From the NCBI GenBank assembly GCA_963666975.2, contig CAXVYR010000003.1, positions 1,280,001-1,344,000 of the forward strand: a stretch of DNA of 64,000 bases, written 5' to 3'. Positions 42,040 through 52,611 of the stretch are shown here, in pieces; the first letter of the stretch is position 1, and each line of letters starts with the position of its first letter. Origin of the DNA: Terriglobia bacterium. GTDB lineage: Bacteria; Acidobacteriota; Terriglobia; 2-12-FULL-54-10. The position numbers and the translations under genes were made by a program. A model generated the notes under the pieces. That model was not told where the DNA came from. It did not search any database and saw nothing but the letters and a program-made list of their open reading frames with translations.

Positions 42040-43755
42040 ATGGCGGCGCAGGAACCCGCCTTCGCACAGTTTTCTCCAAGGAGCCGGTTTTTGACATACG
42101 GGAACGGATATGATCCCGCCGAGGCGGCAAAGGATTGCGTAGTTTATCTGGACCAGAAGTCGGCTCCGCGCGTACTGTTTAGCGGCGAAGACCTGCTGGA
42201 GGTTTCCTTGCCGGCGGGCACGCGCGTCGTCTACACAAAGCCCCCCATCCCCGGATTGCCGGACCCGGCTGCGGCGATCCGCCATGCTCTCGAGCATCCG
42301 GAAAACATGGAGCCGCTTTCGGCGCTGTTGCAGCCCGGCATGAAGATCACCATCGCCATAGACGACATTTCCCTGCCCCTGCCGATGATGAAGCTTCCCG
42401 ACATTCGGCAATCGGTTCTGGAAATTGTTCTCGACATACTGGCCTCCCACGGCATTGAAGACATCCACATCATCCTGGCGATATCCTTTCACCGCCGCCT
42501 GACGGTTGCGGAGATGAAGCGGTGCGTCGGCAAAAAGATATTCCAGGCCTTTTACCCGGATCGCTACTACAACCACGACGGCGAAGATCCGGACGGCATG
42601 GTGGAACTGGAGCAGACGGCGCACGGAGAGCGTGTGCGGATCAACCGCAGGGCCGCGGAATCGGACCTGCTGATTTACGTAAACATCAATCTGGTCCCGA
42701 TGGACGGGGGGCATAAGTCTGTCGGCGTCGGCCTCTGCGACTATCCCACCTTGCAGGCGCATCACACGCCGCAGACGATCCTGGCATCGGATTCCTACAT
42801 GGACCCCGCCCGGTCCGCAATTTCCCATTCCTGCGAACGCATCGGGGCGGTGATCGACAAGCATCTCCGGGTCTTTCATATCGAAACAGCGCTCAACAAC
42901 CGGATGTTTGACCGCACTTCGGATTTTCTTGCCCGCAACGAAGACGGCTATTCCGCAACGGACCGTTTCAAGCTCAAGGCCGCCCAGTTCGCCCTCTCGA
43001 AAATGTCCGCTTCCATGAAGCGCAATCTTTTCTTCCGCATTCCGGCGGACTATGAAATGATCGGGGTCCACGCCGGTGAAACGGCAGCGACGCACAGCAA
43101 GATTTTGCAGTACTGCTATGACCAGTACTGCATTCCCGTCGAAGGCCAGTCCGACGTGATGATTACGGGAATCACATTCGTGTCGCCCTATAACGTCAAT
43201 TCGATCATGAACCCGCTGCTGGTCCAGGTGATAGCGCTCGGCTATTTCTTTAATTTTTACCGCAACATGCCGGTCGTAAAAAAGAACGGCGTCCTGATCC
43301 TCACGCATCCTTGCTACGATGAGTTCGATCCCGTCTTTCATCCTTCCTACATCGAGTTCTTCAACCGGATTCTGACGGAAACGCGGAATTCAGCGGAACT
43401 CCAAAGAAAATATGAAACCGAATTTGCCACCGATCCCGGCTACATCCGAATGTACCGCGAAGGCAACGCCTATCACGGGGTTCATCCCTTCTACATGTGG
43501 TACTGGGGAGAAAACGGCCGCGCGCACATGGGCAAGGTGATCGTCGTCGGCAGCATCAACAAGCGAGTGCCCGCCATCCTGGGCTGGGACACGGCGGATT
43601 CGATGGAGCAGGCTCTGGAAATGGCGCAGTCCCACGTCGGTCGCAAGCCTAGCATCACACTGCTCCACTTCCCTCCCATCCTAATGGCCGATATGATAGG
43701 AACACCGGAGACGATCCCGGCAAGACCTCCTGAACCCGAGGGGAGGCATGGCTAA
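42040..43755 (+). CDS. Lactate racemase (LarA/DUF2088)-domain protein (ElbC-like)
   Basis: TIAIDDISLPLP, HRRLT, NHDGED, PMDGGHKS, YHGVHPFYMWYWG. Confidence 0.85.
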   Translation: MAAQEPAFAQFSPRSRFLTYGNGYDPAEAAKDCVVYLDQKSAPRVLFSGEDLLEVSLPAGTRVVYTKPPIPGLPDPAAAIRHALEHPENMEPLSALLQPGMKITIAIDDISLPLPMMKLPDIRQSVLEIVLDILASHGIEDIHIILAISFHRRLTVAEMKRCVGKKIFQAFYPDRYYNHDGEDPDGMVELEQTAHGERVRINRRAAESDLLIYVNINLVPMDGGHKSVGVGLCDYPTLQAHHTPQTILASDSYMDPARSAISHSCERIGAVIDKHLRVFHIETALNNRMFDRTSDFLARNEDGYSATDRFKLKAAQFALSKMSASMKRNLFFRIPADYEMIGVHAGETAATHSKILQYCYDQYCIPVEGQSDVMITGITFVSPYNVNSIMNPLLVQVIALGYFFNFYRNMPVVKKNGVLILTHPCYDEFDPVFHPSYIEFFNRILTETRNSAELQRKYETEFATDPGYIRMYREGNAYHGVHPFYMWYWGENGRAHMGKVIVVGSINKRVPAILGWDTADSMEQALEMAQSHVGRKPSITLLHFPPILMADMIGTPETIPARPPEPEGRHG

Positions 43756-45438
43756 ATGGCAACCTTCATTCCATGGCGATGGAACCCCATTCTAGGAGAG
43801 TATGAAATCTCCGAGGGGAAGAAATACTGCGGCACCGGCGAGATTTCCGCTTTCGACGCGTTTCACAATAGCACTTTGGTTCTGCTGGGGGCCACAGGCT
43901 TTGTCGGGAAGGTGCTGCTCGCCATGATCTTCGACCGGATTCCAGAGTTGGGACGACTCGTGATTCAGGTCCGCCGAAAGAAAACGCTTTCCGGAGAACA
44001 GCGCTTCTACACCGAAATACTCCATTCCCCGCCCTTGCTCCCAACATTGCAAAAATTGGGAGAAAAACACATCCGTCAAAAGGTAACAATTGTCGAGGGT
44101 GACCTGAGCAATCCCTTCTGCGGCCTGCGTGAGCGGGAGTTGTCGGAACTGAAGGGAAAAGTCGACGTCGTCGTGAACGCGGCGGGCCTGGTGGAATTCG
44201 ATCCCCCGCTCAACGAATCGCTTCTGACGAATGTTTACGGGATTCGGAACCTCCTCGAATTGGTGCAATTCCTCGGCACCAAGCTGGTCCATATTTCCAC
44301 CTGTTATGTGGGGGGAAAGAGGAGCGGACGGATCTCCGAGAACACTCCGATTGTCGGTTACTACCCTGGGAGAAAAGACGACCAGGACAACCGTTTCGAT
44401 GTGATGCAGGAACTCGCCTGGTGTGAGAACTTCATTCGCGAAACAGAGCAGGGACGATTCGAAGGACAAGAACAAGGAAGCGAAGAAGCTCTGCCGGAAA
44501 ACGAACAGCACGAGTCCCGCCGCCAGCTTCCTGCCCCTGCCACGGTTCGCGAAAAATTGCGCAAAGGCGGCACGGCGAGAGCCAACTCCTGGGGCTGGAT
44601 CAACACCTACACCTATACGAAAAGCATCGGCGAGCAACTCCTCGCGCTGACGCCTAGTTTGGAGTATTGCATCGTGCGGCCGGCAATCGTTGAATCGGCC
44701 ATGAGTTTCCCTTTCCCTGCCTGGAACGAAGGATTCACCACGTCGGCCCCGCTGGTTCTGCTGGGCGGAGAAGGCGTCAAGAGCTGGCCGGTCCGCAAGG
44801 ACGGGCCGCTCGAAATCATCCCGGTCGATCTGGTTGCGGCGGGGATTTTGATCGCCACCGCAGCGACCCTTTGCGGCAAGCATGCGCCGGTTTATCAACT
44901 CGCCACTGCCTACGATAATCCGGTGATGATGCCCCGGCTGGTTGCCTTTCTCGGCATGAACGCCCGCTATAGACACAAGCGCAAGAAAACCGGCAACCGG
45001 CTGATCAACATTTGGAAAACTTATGGGGAAACGCAGGTGGTCACGGTCGAACAACTCAAATCACAGCAGGCCCGCCTGCACCGCGTCTTGAACTTTTACC
45101 ACGCCCTGCTCAACCTGCTCAAGCATATCCTGGGCAACAAGATTGTCGCTCCGCAACTGAAGAGTTTCCGGATGACTCGCCGGCTGATCCGCCAGCAGGA
45201 ACAACTGGTGGACAAGTTTCTCCCGTTCATGGTTCATAACACCTTTACCTTTGAGACCCGCAACATCCGCGAGACCTTCCGTAAACTGACGGACAAAGAC
45301 CAGCAGCGGCTGACCTGGGATCCGGAAAACATCGACTGGGCTGATTACTGGGTCAACATCCACACCAAAGGAATTGACAAGTGGATTCGCCCGCTCGTTG
45401 CCAGGCAGGAAAAGTCCCCCGATGGCGCGGCCCTCTGA
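43756..45438 (+). CDS. Fatty acyl-CoA reductase (male-sterility/NAD_binding_4), equivalent to the N-terminal reductase domain of ElbD
   Basis: GATGFVGKV, HISTCYV, GWINTYTYTKSIGE, VRPAIVES, IPVDLV. Confidence 0.88.
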   Translation: MATFIPWRWNPILGEYEISEGKKYCGTGEISAFDAFHNSTLVLLGATGFVGKVLLAMIFDRIPELGRLVIQVRRKKTLSGEQRFYTEILHSPPLLPTLQKLGEKHIRQKVTIVEGDLSNPFCGLRERELSELKGKVDVVVNAAGLVEFDPPLNESLLTNVYGIRNLLELVQFLGTKLVHISTCYVGGKRSGRISENTPIVGYYPGRKDDQDNRFDVMQELAWCENFIRETEQGRFEGQEQGSEEALPENEQHESRRQLPAPATVREKLRKGGTARANSWGWINTYTYTKSIGEQLLALTPSLEYCIVRPAIVESAMSFPFPAWNEGFTTSAPLVLLGGEGVKSWPVRKDGPLEIIPVDLVAAGILIATAATLCGKHAPVYQLATAYDNPVMMPRLVAFLGMNARYRHKRKKTGNRLINIWKTYGETQVVTVEQLKSQQARLHRVLNFYHALLNLLKHILGNKIVAPQLKSFRMTRRLIRQQEQLVDKFLPFMVHNTFTFETRNIRETFRKLTDKDQQRLTWDPENIDWADYWVNIHTKGIDKWIRPLVARQEKSPDGAAL

Positions 45439-45443
45439 CGCTC

Positions 45444-46463
45444 ATGAAGAAAATCCTTGTAACGGGGGCGACCGGTTTTCTGGGAACCCACTTGGTCGAG
45501 CGACTCCAAACACAGGCCCACCATGATCCCGACGGCCTCTCCGTCCGCGTCCTCTCCCGCCAAAAAAACCGTTGGGAAGGTGATCCGAAACTGGAAATCG
45601 TCTGCGGCGATATACTCGATGCTCAAACGGTAGATCGCGCCGTCGCAGGCGTTTCCGGAATTTTCCACCTTGCCGGCTCTGTTACGCGCGACCCCGCACA
45701 GGCTGCCGAGCTTTTTGACACTCACATTCGGGGAACGCGCAACCTTTGCGAAAGCGCGCGGGCCCACGGGAACCCGAGAATGATTATCGCCTCTTCCTCC
45801 GGAACCGTCGCAGTAAGCCGCAAGCCCATCCTGCACACCGAAGACGCGCCTTATTCCTACGACATTACGGGGCGCTGGCCTTACTACCTGAGCAAGATCT
45901 GCCAGGAAAAATTGGCGCTGTCTTATCATGCGCATCACAACCTTCCAGTCATTGTCCTGAATCCGTCCCTTCTTCTGGGACCGGGAGACGAGAGAAATTC
46001 CTCATCCGGCGACATTCAAGCGTTTCTGGACGGCTTCGCCACCAATATTCCAAACGGAGGAATGAATTTCGTCGATGTTCGCGACGTAGCCGACGCTTTC
46101 ATTGCCGCCATGCAGCTCGGCGTTCCGGGCCGCCGTTACCTTTTGGGCGGCCACAATATGACCGTCCAACAATTTTTTCAGCTGATCGAGCGTGTTACCG
46201 GCGTGCGCGGCCCGAGAGTCCGCCTCGCGGAAAACTGGGCCCGGCGCGGCGCGGCTGTTCTCCGCCGCATTTACGGATGGCTGGGCCGCAGTTTCCCCAT
46301 CGATGACTGCACGGCGGAGATGGCCTATCGTTTCTGGTATATCGACAACACGCGGGCACAGTCCGAATTGCGCTTCACGCCGCGTCCCGCCGAAGATACT
46401 ATTCGCGATACGGTAGAATTCTTACGCAGCAGAAAATCTCCCGCTCCTGGGAAGCAACCGTGA
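45444..46463 (+). CDS. NAD-dependent epimerase/dehydratase (ElbE-like)
   Basis: LVTGATGFLG, YYLSK catalytic motif, FVDVRDVA; ATG 45444. Confidence 0.9.
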   Translation: MKKILVTGATGFLGTHLVERLQTQAHHDPDGLSVRVLSRQKNRWEGDPKLEIVCGDILDAQTVDRAVAGVSGIFHLAGSVTRDPAQAAELFDTHIRGTRNLCESARAHGNPRMIIASSSGTVAVSRKPILHTEDAPYSYDITGRWPYYLSKICQEKLALSYHAHHNLPVIVLNPSLLLGPGDERNSSSGDIQAFLDGFATNIPNGGMNFVDVRDVADAFIAAMQLGVPGRRYLLGGHNMTVQQFFQLIERVTGVRGPRVRLAENWARRGAAVLRRIYGWLGRSFPIDDCTAEMAYRFWYIDNTRAQSELRFTPRPAEDTIRDTVEFLRSRKSPAPGKQP

Positions 46464-47419
46464 GCGAAAACGTCCATCCGCCAGGAACCGGCAAAGGTTC
46501 GATTGCCGCGATTGTCAATCCGAGATCGGCCAGCGGAAAAACTGCCCGCGCCTGGGCCACCATTCGCCCGCACCTGGAGGCCACCCTGGGTCCGGTCCGG
46601 GTTTTGGAAACCACCGCTCCACAGCACGCCACCCGGTTGGCCGCCTCCGCCATACGCGAAGGGGTAAAAACAATCATCGCCGTGGGAGGCGACGGGACGA
46701 TTCATGAGGTGGCGAACGGATTCTTCGATCGTGACGGGCCAATCTCCCGCGATGCCGTGCTGGGAATCATCCCCCAAGGCACAGGATCGGATTTTCGGAG
46801 GACGCTGTCGATCCCGCTCGGCGCGAAGGAAGCCATCGATGTCATCCGCCGGGGTGTCACCAAACAGATTGACGCAGCAAAAGTCCGCTTCCAAACTCTG
46901 GAGGGAACCGGCGGCGAGCGGTATTGCTTCAATATTACGAGCTTTGGCGTGGGGGGGGTTGTGGCCGCGCGTGCGAACCGATCATCGAAACGCCTGGGCG
47001 GCAAGCTGTCGTTTGCCCTCATCGCAGCCCGTACCGTCCCCTGGTTTCGCGGGAATACGGTGAGGCTCCGCCTCGATGGAAAAGCGCTCCCGGAGACAAC
47101 GATCACTCAAATTGCCGCCGGCAACGGACAATTTCATGGCGGAGGGATGTGGGTATGTCCGAGGGCAGTTCCCGATGACGGGCTTTTGGACATCACCGTC
47201 ATCCAGCATCTATCGGCGCTGCAATTTCTGCGCTCTTTCCCGGCCCTTTACAACGGAAAGCTGTACGAACATCCAAAGGTCGAATTCCATCGCGCATCCA
47301 GCGTGGAAGCCGTTTCGAACGACCAGAGTTTGATTGAAATCGACGGAGAACCGGTCGGCAGGCTTCCCCTGGAGATTTCCGTTCTTCCCAAGGCAATTGC
47401 AGTTTATGTGCCCGGGTAA
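46460..47419 (+). CDS. Diacylglycerol/lipid kinase family (YegS/BmrU-like)
   Basis: VNPRSASG, VGGDGTIHEVANG, GTGSDF, NGQFHGGG, IDGE. Confidence 0.92.
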   Translation: MSENVHPPGTGKGSIAAIVNPRSASGKTARAWATIRPHLEATLGPVRVLETTAPQHATRLAASAIREGVKTIIAVGGDGTIHEVANGFFDRDGPISRDAVLGIIPQGTGSDFRRTLSIPLGAKEAIDVIRRGVTKQIDAAKVRFQTLEGTGGERYCFNITSFGVGGVVAARANRSSKRLGGKLSFALIAARTVPWFRGNTVRLRLDGKALPETTITQIAAGNGQFHGGGMWVCPRAVPDDGLLDITVIQHLSALQFLRSFPALYNGKLYEHPKVEFHRASSVEAVSNDQSLIEIDGEPVGRLPLEISVLPKAIAVYVPG

Positions 47420-47467
47420 CCGGGAATGCAGGCCGGAACCCGAGCGCCGTTTTCTATTTTCCGGCTT

Positions 47468-48076
47468 CTAACGCTTCCCACCCGTCAGCAGTTCCCGCAG
47501 GTTCGATCTGTGGCGAATCACGATCAGAACCCAGGCAAAGAAAGCAAAAATCCCGGACTCAACTCCTCGGAAAAATAGCACCGCCATGGCTATGGCGAAC
47601 ATTGTGGTGAGGGAGGCGATTGCGCCCTCCTGCGCCCAGCCAGCACGCCGGCCCGCCATCCGAAGCGTTGGATACAAGATCACACAGGCGCCCGTGTACA
47701 ACGGCACGAGATAAAACAGCACGCCCAAAGTCGTTGCCACACCCTTGCCGCCTTTGAATCGCAAAAAAGGGCTCCAGCAATGCCCTGCCACCGAAGCCAA
47801 GCCCAGCAGCCAAAAAATCGTCGTGCTGTCTCCAGGCCTCGACAATAGTGCCAGCGCCACGAAGCCCTTCGACACGTCCCCGGCGAGGGTGATCCCCGCA
47901 CGCAGCTTGAATCCCATACGCAGAACATTATTGAAGCCGGGATTCTTGGAGCCTACCTGCGTGATATCAATCCCCGTCCCCCACATGGAAACCACGGCGA
48001 AGGGAATAGCTCCAATCAGCAAGCTGAGAAGGATTCTGGCGATATCGAAAAAATCCATTTTGAAAACCAGGGACAA
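47468..48076 (-). CDS. plsY: Glycerol-3-phosphate acyltransferase
   Basis: GAIPF, GSKNPGFNNVLR, GHCWSPFLRFKGGKGVAT, RHRSNL. Confidence 0.88.
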   Translation of the reverse strand: MSLVFKMDFFDIARILLSLLIGAIPFAVVSMWGTGIDITQVGSKNPGFNNVLRMGFKLRAGITLAGDVSKGFVALALLSRPGDSTTIFWLLGLASVAGHCWSPFLRFKGGKGVATTLGVLFYLVPLYTGACVILYPTLRMAGRRAGWAQEGAIASLTTMFAIAMAVLFFRGVESGIFAFFAWVLIVIRHRSNLRELLTGGKR

Positions 48077-48129
48077 CTCACTTCACTATTTGAATGAATG
48101 AGATTAAGGATGAAGCTTCAAGGAATTGT

Positions 48130-49242
48130 TTAACCCCAAATCTGGCTGGCTATCTCGACGACTAGACGGAGTTTTTGTTTTTCCACATCCAGCGTTACCG
48201 GCCTGCTTCCCACGCTGGTGCCAAAGCCGCATTGCGGACTGATCGCCAGCCTTTCGAGCGGGACAAACCGGCTTGCCTCGTCCACTCTTTTCTTCAACAA
48301 GTCAGCCTGCTCCATATCGGGCGTTTTACTGCTCACCAGGCCCAGCACCACCAATTTTGTGGAAGGCACGTGCTTAAGCGGACTGAAGTCACCGGCGCGG
48401 GGGCCATCGTACTCCAGAAAGAACGCATCCACATTCAGATTGTTGAACAGCCGGTCGGCAACTGCTTCATAGCTCCCTTCCGAGAGCCAGCTTGCTTTGT
48501 AGTTTCCGCGGCAAAGATGCATTCCCACCGTTAACTGTTCCGGTTTGTCTTTAACAACAGCGTTGACGATATCAATATATTTCTCCCGCAGCATTTCAGG
48601 GTCCCTGCCACGGCTTCGCACCGCAGCCTGAATTTTCGGGTCGCAGAGCATGGCCAGGGGGACCTCGTCGATCTGCAGGTACCGCATTCCGAGCGAGACC
48701 AGTTCGGCCACCTCCTCGCGATAGACACGAACGAGATCGGCGAAAAATTCCTCCTCATCGGCATAGGCCGATTGCTCCACCGCTTCGCCGCAACGAAAAA
48801 AATGTATCGTGGAGGGCGACGGCATAGTGACTTTCGGCGTGCGCTGGGTGTTTCCCTGGAGGAACCGGAACTCTTCGGTCGATATGCCCCGCTCGCGCTT
48901 GAGCTTGCCCGCTATATGAGGAGCATTGAAGTGAAGCTTCTTGCCGTTCTTGTCGGTGAAGTTGAAAACCGCTTCCTTGTCTGTGATCCCGGTCACGGCC
49001 TCGATGAAGTGGCTGAAATAGGAACCCCGCCGAAACTCACCGTCGGTGACCGCCTGTAATCCGGCCTCCTCCTGCAAGCGGATCACATCCCGGATCAAAT
49101 TTTCCTGCACTTCACGAAAACCCTCGGCGGTCAGATTGCCGGTTGCGAGGGAGCGATGCGCTTCAATCAACTCGTGCGGGCGAAGCAGACTGCCGATGTG
49201 TTCCGCGCGAAAGGGAGGATTGCTTTTAGCTTGAGTTGTCAT
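48130..49242 (-). CDS. Cobalamin-independent methionine synthase II family (MetE C-terminal-like)
   Basis: FRAEHIGSLLRP, TDGEFRR, HLCRGN, LEYD, SPQCGF; ATG 49242. Confidence 0.9.
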   Translation of the reverse strand: MTTQAKSNPPFRAEHIGSLLRPHELIEAHRSLATGNLTAEGFREVQENLIRDVIRLQEEAGLQAVTDGEFRRGSYFSHFIEAVTGITDKEAVFNFTDKNGKKLHFNAPHIAGKLKRERGISTEEFRFLQGNTQRTPKVTMPSPSTIHFFRCGEAVEQSAYADEEEFFADLVRVYREEVAELVSLGMRYLQIDEVPLAMLCDPKIQAAVRSRGRDPEMLREKYIDIVNAVVKDKPEQLTVGMHLCRGNYKASWLSEGSYEAVADRLFNNLNVDAFFLEYDGPRAGDFSPLKHVPSTKLVVLGLVSSKTPDMEQADLLKKRVDEASRFVPLERLAISPQCGFGTSVGSRPVTLDVEKQKLRLVVEIASQIWG

Positions 49243-49339
49243 ATCCTTACTCTCCTCGTTCACTACTCTATTATTTATTTGGCCTCGTCTCCATTCCGCC
49301 AACCCGACTCCATTCCCCGGGGGCGCAAAATGCCGACAC

Positions 49340-50686
49340 TCAACTTTCCATCTGGTAGATCGTCAGACCGGAGAGCAATTTGGGATAGAAATCCGTGGAC
49401 TTTTGCGGCAACACGCGGCCCTCCAATGCAACGTCCCGCACCTGCTGCAATTTCACGGGATTCAAAAAGAAGCAGGCTTGCGCTTTGCCTCCGGCGACTT
49501 TCTCCGCGCCTTCCTCGAACTCCCGGACATAGGTAATCCATTTTTCGTCCCGCACCGCCTCTTCGTCCATCTCCAAACAGATTCGGAAAGCAATCTGGTG
49601 CAAGATGGTCACATCCAAAGACCGCTGCGCCGGGGAAAGCTCCGGCAACAAGCTCGCACGGTCCACGCCCTCCCGCAATTGCAGCAGATAGAAAGCCTCC
49701 TTATCCGCAAACAGCGCGGCAACCGCCGTCAACCCGCCGGCGGCGGCGGCGGCCAGTTCCGCCTGCAATCTCTGCATCACGGACCGCCTCTGGTCTGGTC
49801 CGGAATAAGCGTATTCCCGGCCTGTAAAATAGCGGGCGGCACGCGAAAGAAATCCCGCGCTGCTGAACTCCGGAATTCCGGAAAGCAAACGATGGGTCGG
49901 CAAGACGGGAATCCCTTTCGACTCCATATTGATGAAAGTCATCATCACCTTCGAGCAGTCCGACGGTCCCTCATGCGGACGGCTGGCCTGGCACTCCCGC
50001 TGAAAGGCCAGGGCCGTTTCATACCGATGATGCCCGTCGGCGATAATCAACTGCTTGTCGCTCATGGCATGCTGAATCGCCTGCACTTGCTCCGGGTCGT
50101 CGATATCCCAGAGCGAGTGAATTACGCCGAAATCGTCTGTGACGCGGGTTGCCGGGGATTTGGCAGCCTCGACTTCCAGGAGGCGGTCGACCATTCGCTC
50201 AGGATCACTGTACACCATGAAGATTTGGCCAAAGTGGGCACGCGTCGCGCGCAACAACTCCAGCCGGTCCAGCTTAGGTCCGGAAAGAGTCTGCTCGTGG
50301 CGGAATACTACTCCGCTGTCATAGGATTCCAGATTGCCCAAGCCGATGAAGCCTCTCCGAACCAGTGTAGTGTCGTTGGATGCCCCAGGCGGATGAAACT
50401 CCTGAAAGTAAGCGTACAGTGCCGGGCGCTTGCGTTGAAGAAGCACCCCTTGCTCGCGCCATTTTTGGAGATACGCAGAGGCACGAGTGTAAACATTATC
50501 GGCGGGAGAGTCTCCCTCCCATGCCTTCCCCTTGAGGATATAAGCCAGGTTGTAGGGACTGCGCTGCCAGTACACCTGCTGCATCTGGGGCGTTATTTTG
50601 TCGTAGGGCTGCGTGAGGACTTTATCCAGCCCTCCCACCCGTTGGGCGTCGTAACGAATCGCTGCAAACGGAGAAACCACTGCCAT
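49340..50686 (-). CDS. DUF1015 family protein
   Basis: PYDKI, RHEQT, IADGHHRYETA, LPTHR, PQKSTDFYPK. Confidence 0.9.
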   Translation of the reverse strand: MAVVSPFAAIRYDAQRVGGLDKVLTQPYDKITPQMQQVYWQRSPYNLAYILKGKAWEGDSPADNVYTRASAYLQKWREQGVLLQRKRPALYAYFQEFHPPGASNDTTLVRRGFIGLGNLESYDSGVVFRHEQTLSGPKLDRLELLRATRAHFGQIFMVYSDPERMVDRLLEVEAAKSPATRVTDDFGVIHSLWDIDDPEQVQAIQHAMSDKQLIIADGHHRYETALAFQRECQASRPHEGPSDCSKVMMTFINMESKGIPVLPTHRLLSGIPEFSSAGFLSRAARYFTGREYAYSGPDQRRSVMQRLQAELAAAAAGGLTAVAALFADKEAFYLLQLREGVDRASLLPELSPAQRSLDVTILHQIAFRICLEMDEEAVRDEKWITYVREFEEGAEKVAGGKAQACFFLNPVKLQQVRDVALEGRVLPQKSTDFYPKLLSGLTIYQMES

Positions 50687-50794
50687 AGATTCACACCTTC
50701 AGAACTTGAAATCTGCCGGGACGGAGCAGTATTCGAAGCTGAGATTTTTGAAACGGCGGTCGAAGCTGCGGGTGGAAGCGTTTCCGAAACCGAA

Positions 50795-52174
50795 TCAATG
50801 GGCAGCCAAAGAACAGATGGCCGCTGCCAGCGACTCATCCTGCTCCGGAAGGACGGTGCGGAGGTCCAGCAAGACAGCGCCCGATTCTACCCTTACAATC
50901 ACCGGAGGTTGCCAAGACCGCAGGCGGCCTTCCAGCAACGTGGCATTTTCCCCGTCATGCTGCAGGGCTATCAGGCGGGTGGGGAGCGTTTGCCCCGGGG
51001 CCGAGCCGCCTCCAATCACCGATTCGCCGTCCTTCAGCTCCAGACGCAATGGCCCGTTCTGACAGCGCGCACAGGATTCCAGCAATCGCTTGGCGCGGCC
51101 CTCCAGTTCCGAAACCGGAAGATCGATCATCCGAAAGACCGGAATTTGGTGGAGCTGATCTTGCAAATAAGCCAGCAAGGTGGTTTCCAGGACCGCATAA
51201 GTCAGCTTGTCCACCCGCAGCGCCCGAAACAACGGGTTGCGGCGAATTTGCTGGACAAAATCCTTCTTCCCGGCGATCACGCCGGCCTGCGGCCCGCCCA
51301 ACAGCTTGTCACCGCTGAAACTCACCACATCCACACCCGCGGCCAGGCTCATCGCAACGGTGGGTTCCTCGGCAATGCCCCGGGAAGCCAGCGATACCAG
51401 ACAACCGCTGCCCAGGTCTTCAAACACCGGGATTCCGGCTTCCCTGCCCAGATCGACAACCTCATCGAGCGCCGGTTTTTCCGTGAATCCCGTGATCCGG
51501 AAGTTGCTGGGATGCACGCGCAGGAGAAGTTTGGTTTTCTCGCTGAGCGCATTCCGGTAGTCGGCAATGCGCGTGCGGTTGGTGGCGCCCACCTCGCGCA
51601 GCACCGCCCCGCTCTTCCGCATGATGTCCGGGATGCGGAACGCCTCCCCGATTTCAACCAACTCTCCGCGCGATACGATGACCTCGCCGCCCTCGGCCAG
51701 CGTGTTGAGAGTAATCAGCACGGCCGCTGCATTGTTGTTCACTACAATCGCGCCGGGGGCGCCCAGCAACTCTTGCAAGCGCAGGGACACATGCACGTCC
51801 CGCTCTCCTCTGCGGCCGGCAGACAGGTCGTATTCCAGATTGGAGTATTGGGTGGCCACCTCCAGGGCGTGTTCCAGCGCCTCGCGGGCCAGCGGAGCGC
51901 GCCCCAGATTGGTGTGAAGAACAACCCCAGTGGCATTGATGACGGGACGCAGCGAGCAAGCGGCCGCCTGTTCCACGGCCCCGCTGATGCGGGTTTCGAG
52001 AAGCGTCTCCGACAGGGGCTCGGTCCGGGGCCACCGGCCATCGCGGATTTGCTGGCGGAAACCGGCCAGCACCTCCCGCACGCGGACGGTCACAAACTTC
52101 CGTCCCAGTTTTTCTCCCAGCTCCCGGATTACCGGCCGATTCAAGATTTCTTCCACAGCAGGAATCTGCCGCAA
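50795..52174 (-). CDS. selA: L-seryl-tRNA(Sec) selenium transferase (selenocysteine synthase)
   Basis: VINATGVVLHTNLGRAPL, NNNAAA, SRGELVEIG, EDLGSG, FSGDKLLGGPQAG, RALRVDK; frame stays open ~25 codons upstream so start uncertain. Confidence 0.96.
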   Translation of the reverse strand: MRQIPAVEEILNRPVIRELGEKLGRKFVTVRVREVLAGFRQQIRDGRWPRTEPLSETLLETRISGAVEQAAACSLRPVINATGVVLHTNLGRAPLAREALEHALEVATQYSNLEYDLSAGRRGERDVHVSLRLQELLGAPGAIVVNNNAAAVLITLNTLAEGGEVIVSRGELVEIGEAFRIPDIMRKSGAVLREVGATNRTRIADYRNALSEKTKLLLRVHPSNFRITGFTEKPALDEVVDLGREAGIPVFEDLGSGCLVSLASRGIAEEPTVAMSLAAGVDVVSFSGDKLLGGPQAGVIAGKKDFVQQIRRNPLFRALRVDKLTYAVLETTLLAYLQDQLHQIPVFRMIDLPVSELEGRAKRLLESCARCQNGPLRLELKDGESVIGGGSAPGQTLPTRLIALQHDGENATLLEGRLRSWQPPVIVRVESGAVLLDLRTVLPEQDESLAAAICSLAAH

Positions 52175-52611
52175 TAATTCTTCCAGGCCGGGCGGCCGTG
52201 CATCCGCCGCCGGGATGCTACTTGCACGCTTTGCCTTCGCTTTGGGAATGTGCAGCCCCCCCGAATCGGAATTCCGACTTTTATACTGGTAAATAGAAAC
52301 TAGCTGGGACGCTAGAAATTGCAGCCAGGGTTCAAAGCTAGAGCTTCAAAGCTAGAGCTTCAAAAAGCAAATTGTATGCACTACAAGTTGTATGCACTAA
52401 ATGTTACCAGCGAGATATTGCCAGCCGTACCAGAGTGCGCTGAAGCCTTCATTCTACGGGGATATCAACGCATTTCCCTTCCCCCCCGTGACGCCCCATG
52501 CACTTACGTAACACCGGTATTCTAACACCCGCGGTATTCAAACACTAGTTACTGTGCTCGTCCCGTAACAGCGCGTCGCGCCGCCTAACAGGTTGTTGAA
52601 AAACACCATTT

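Noticed and set aside
49403-52177. 924-aa plus-strand ORF
   Set aside because: Antisense shadow of selA and the DUF1015 gene; no recognisable motifs
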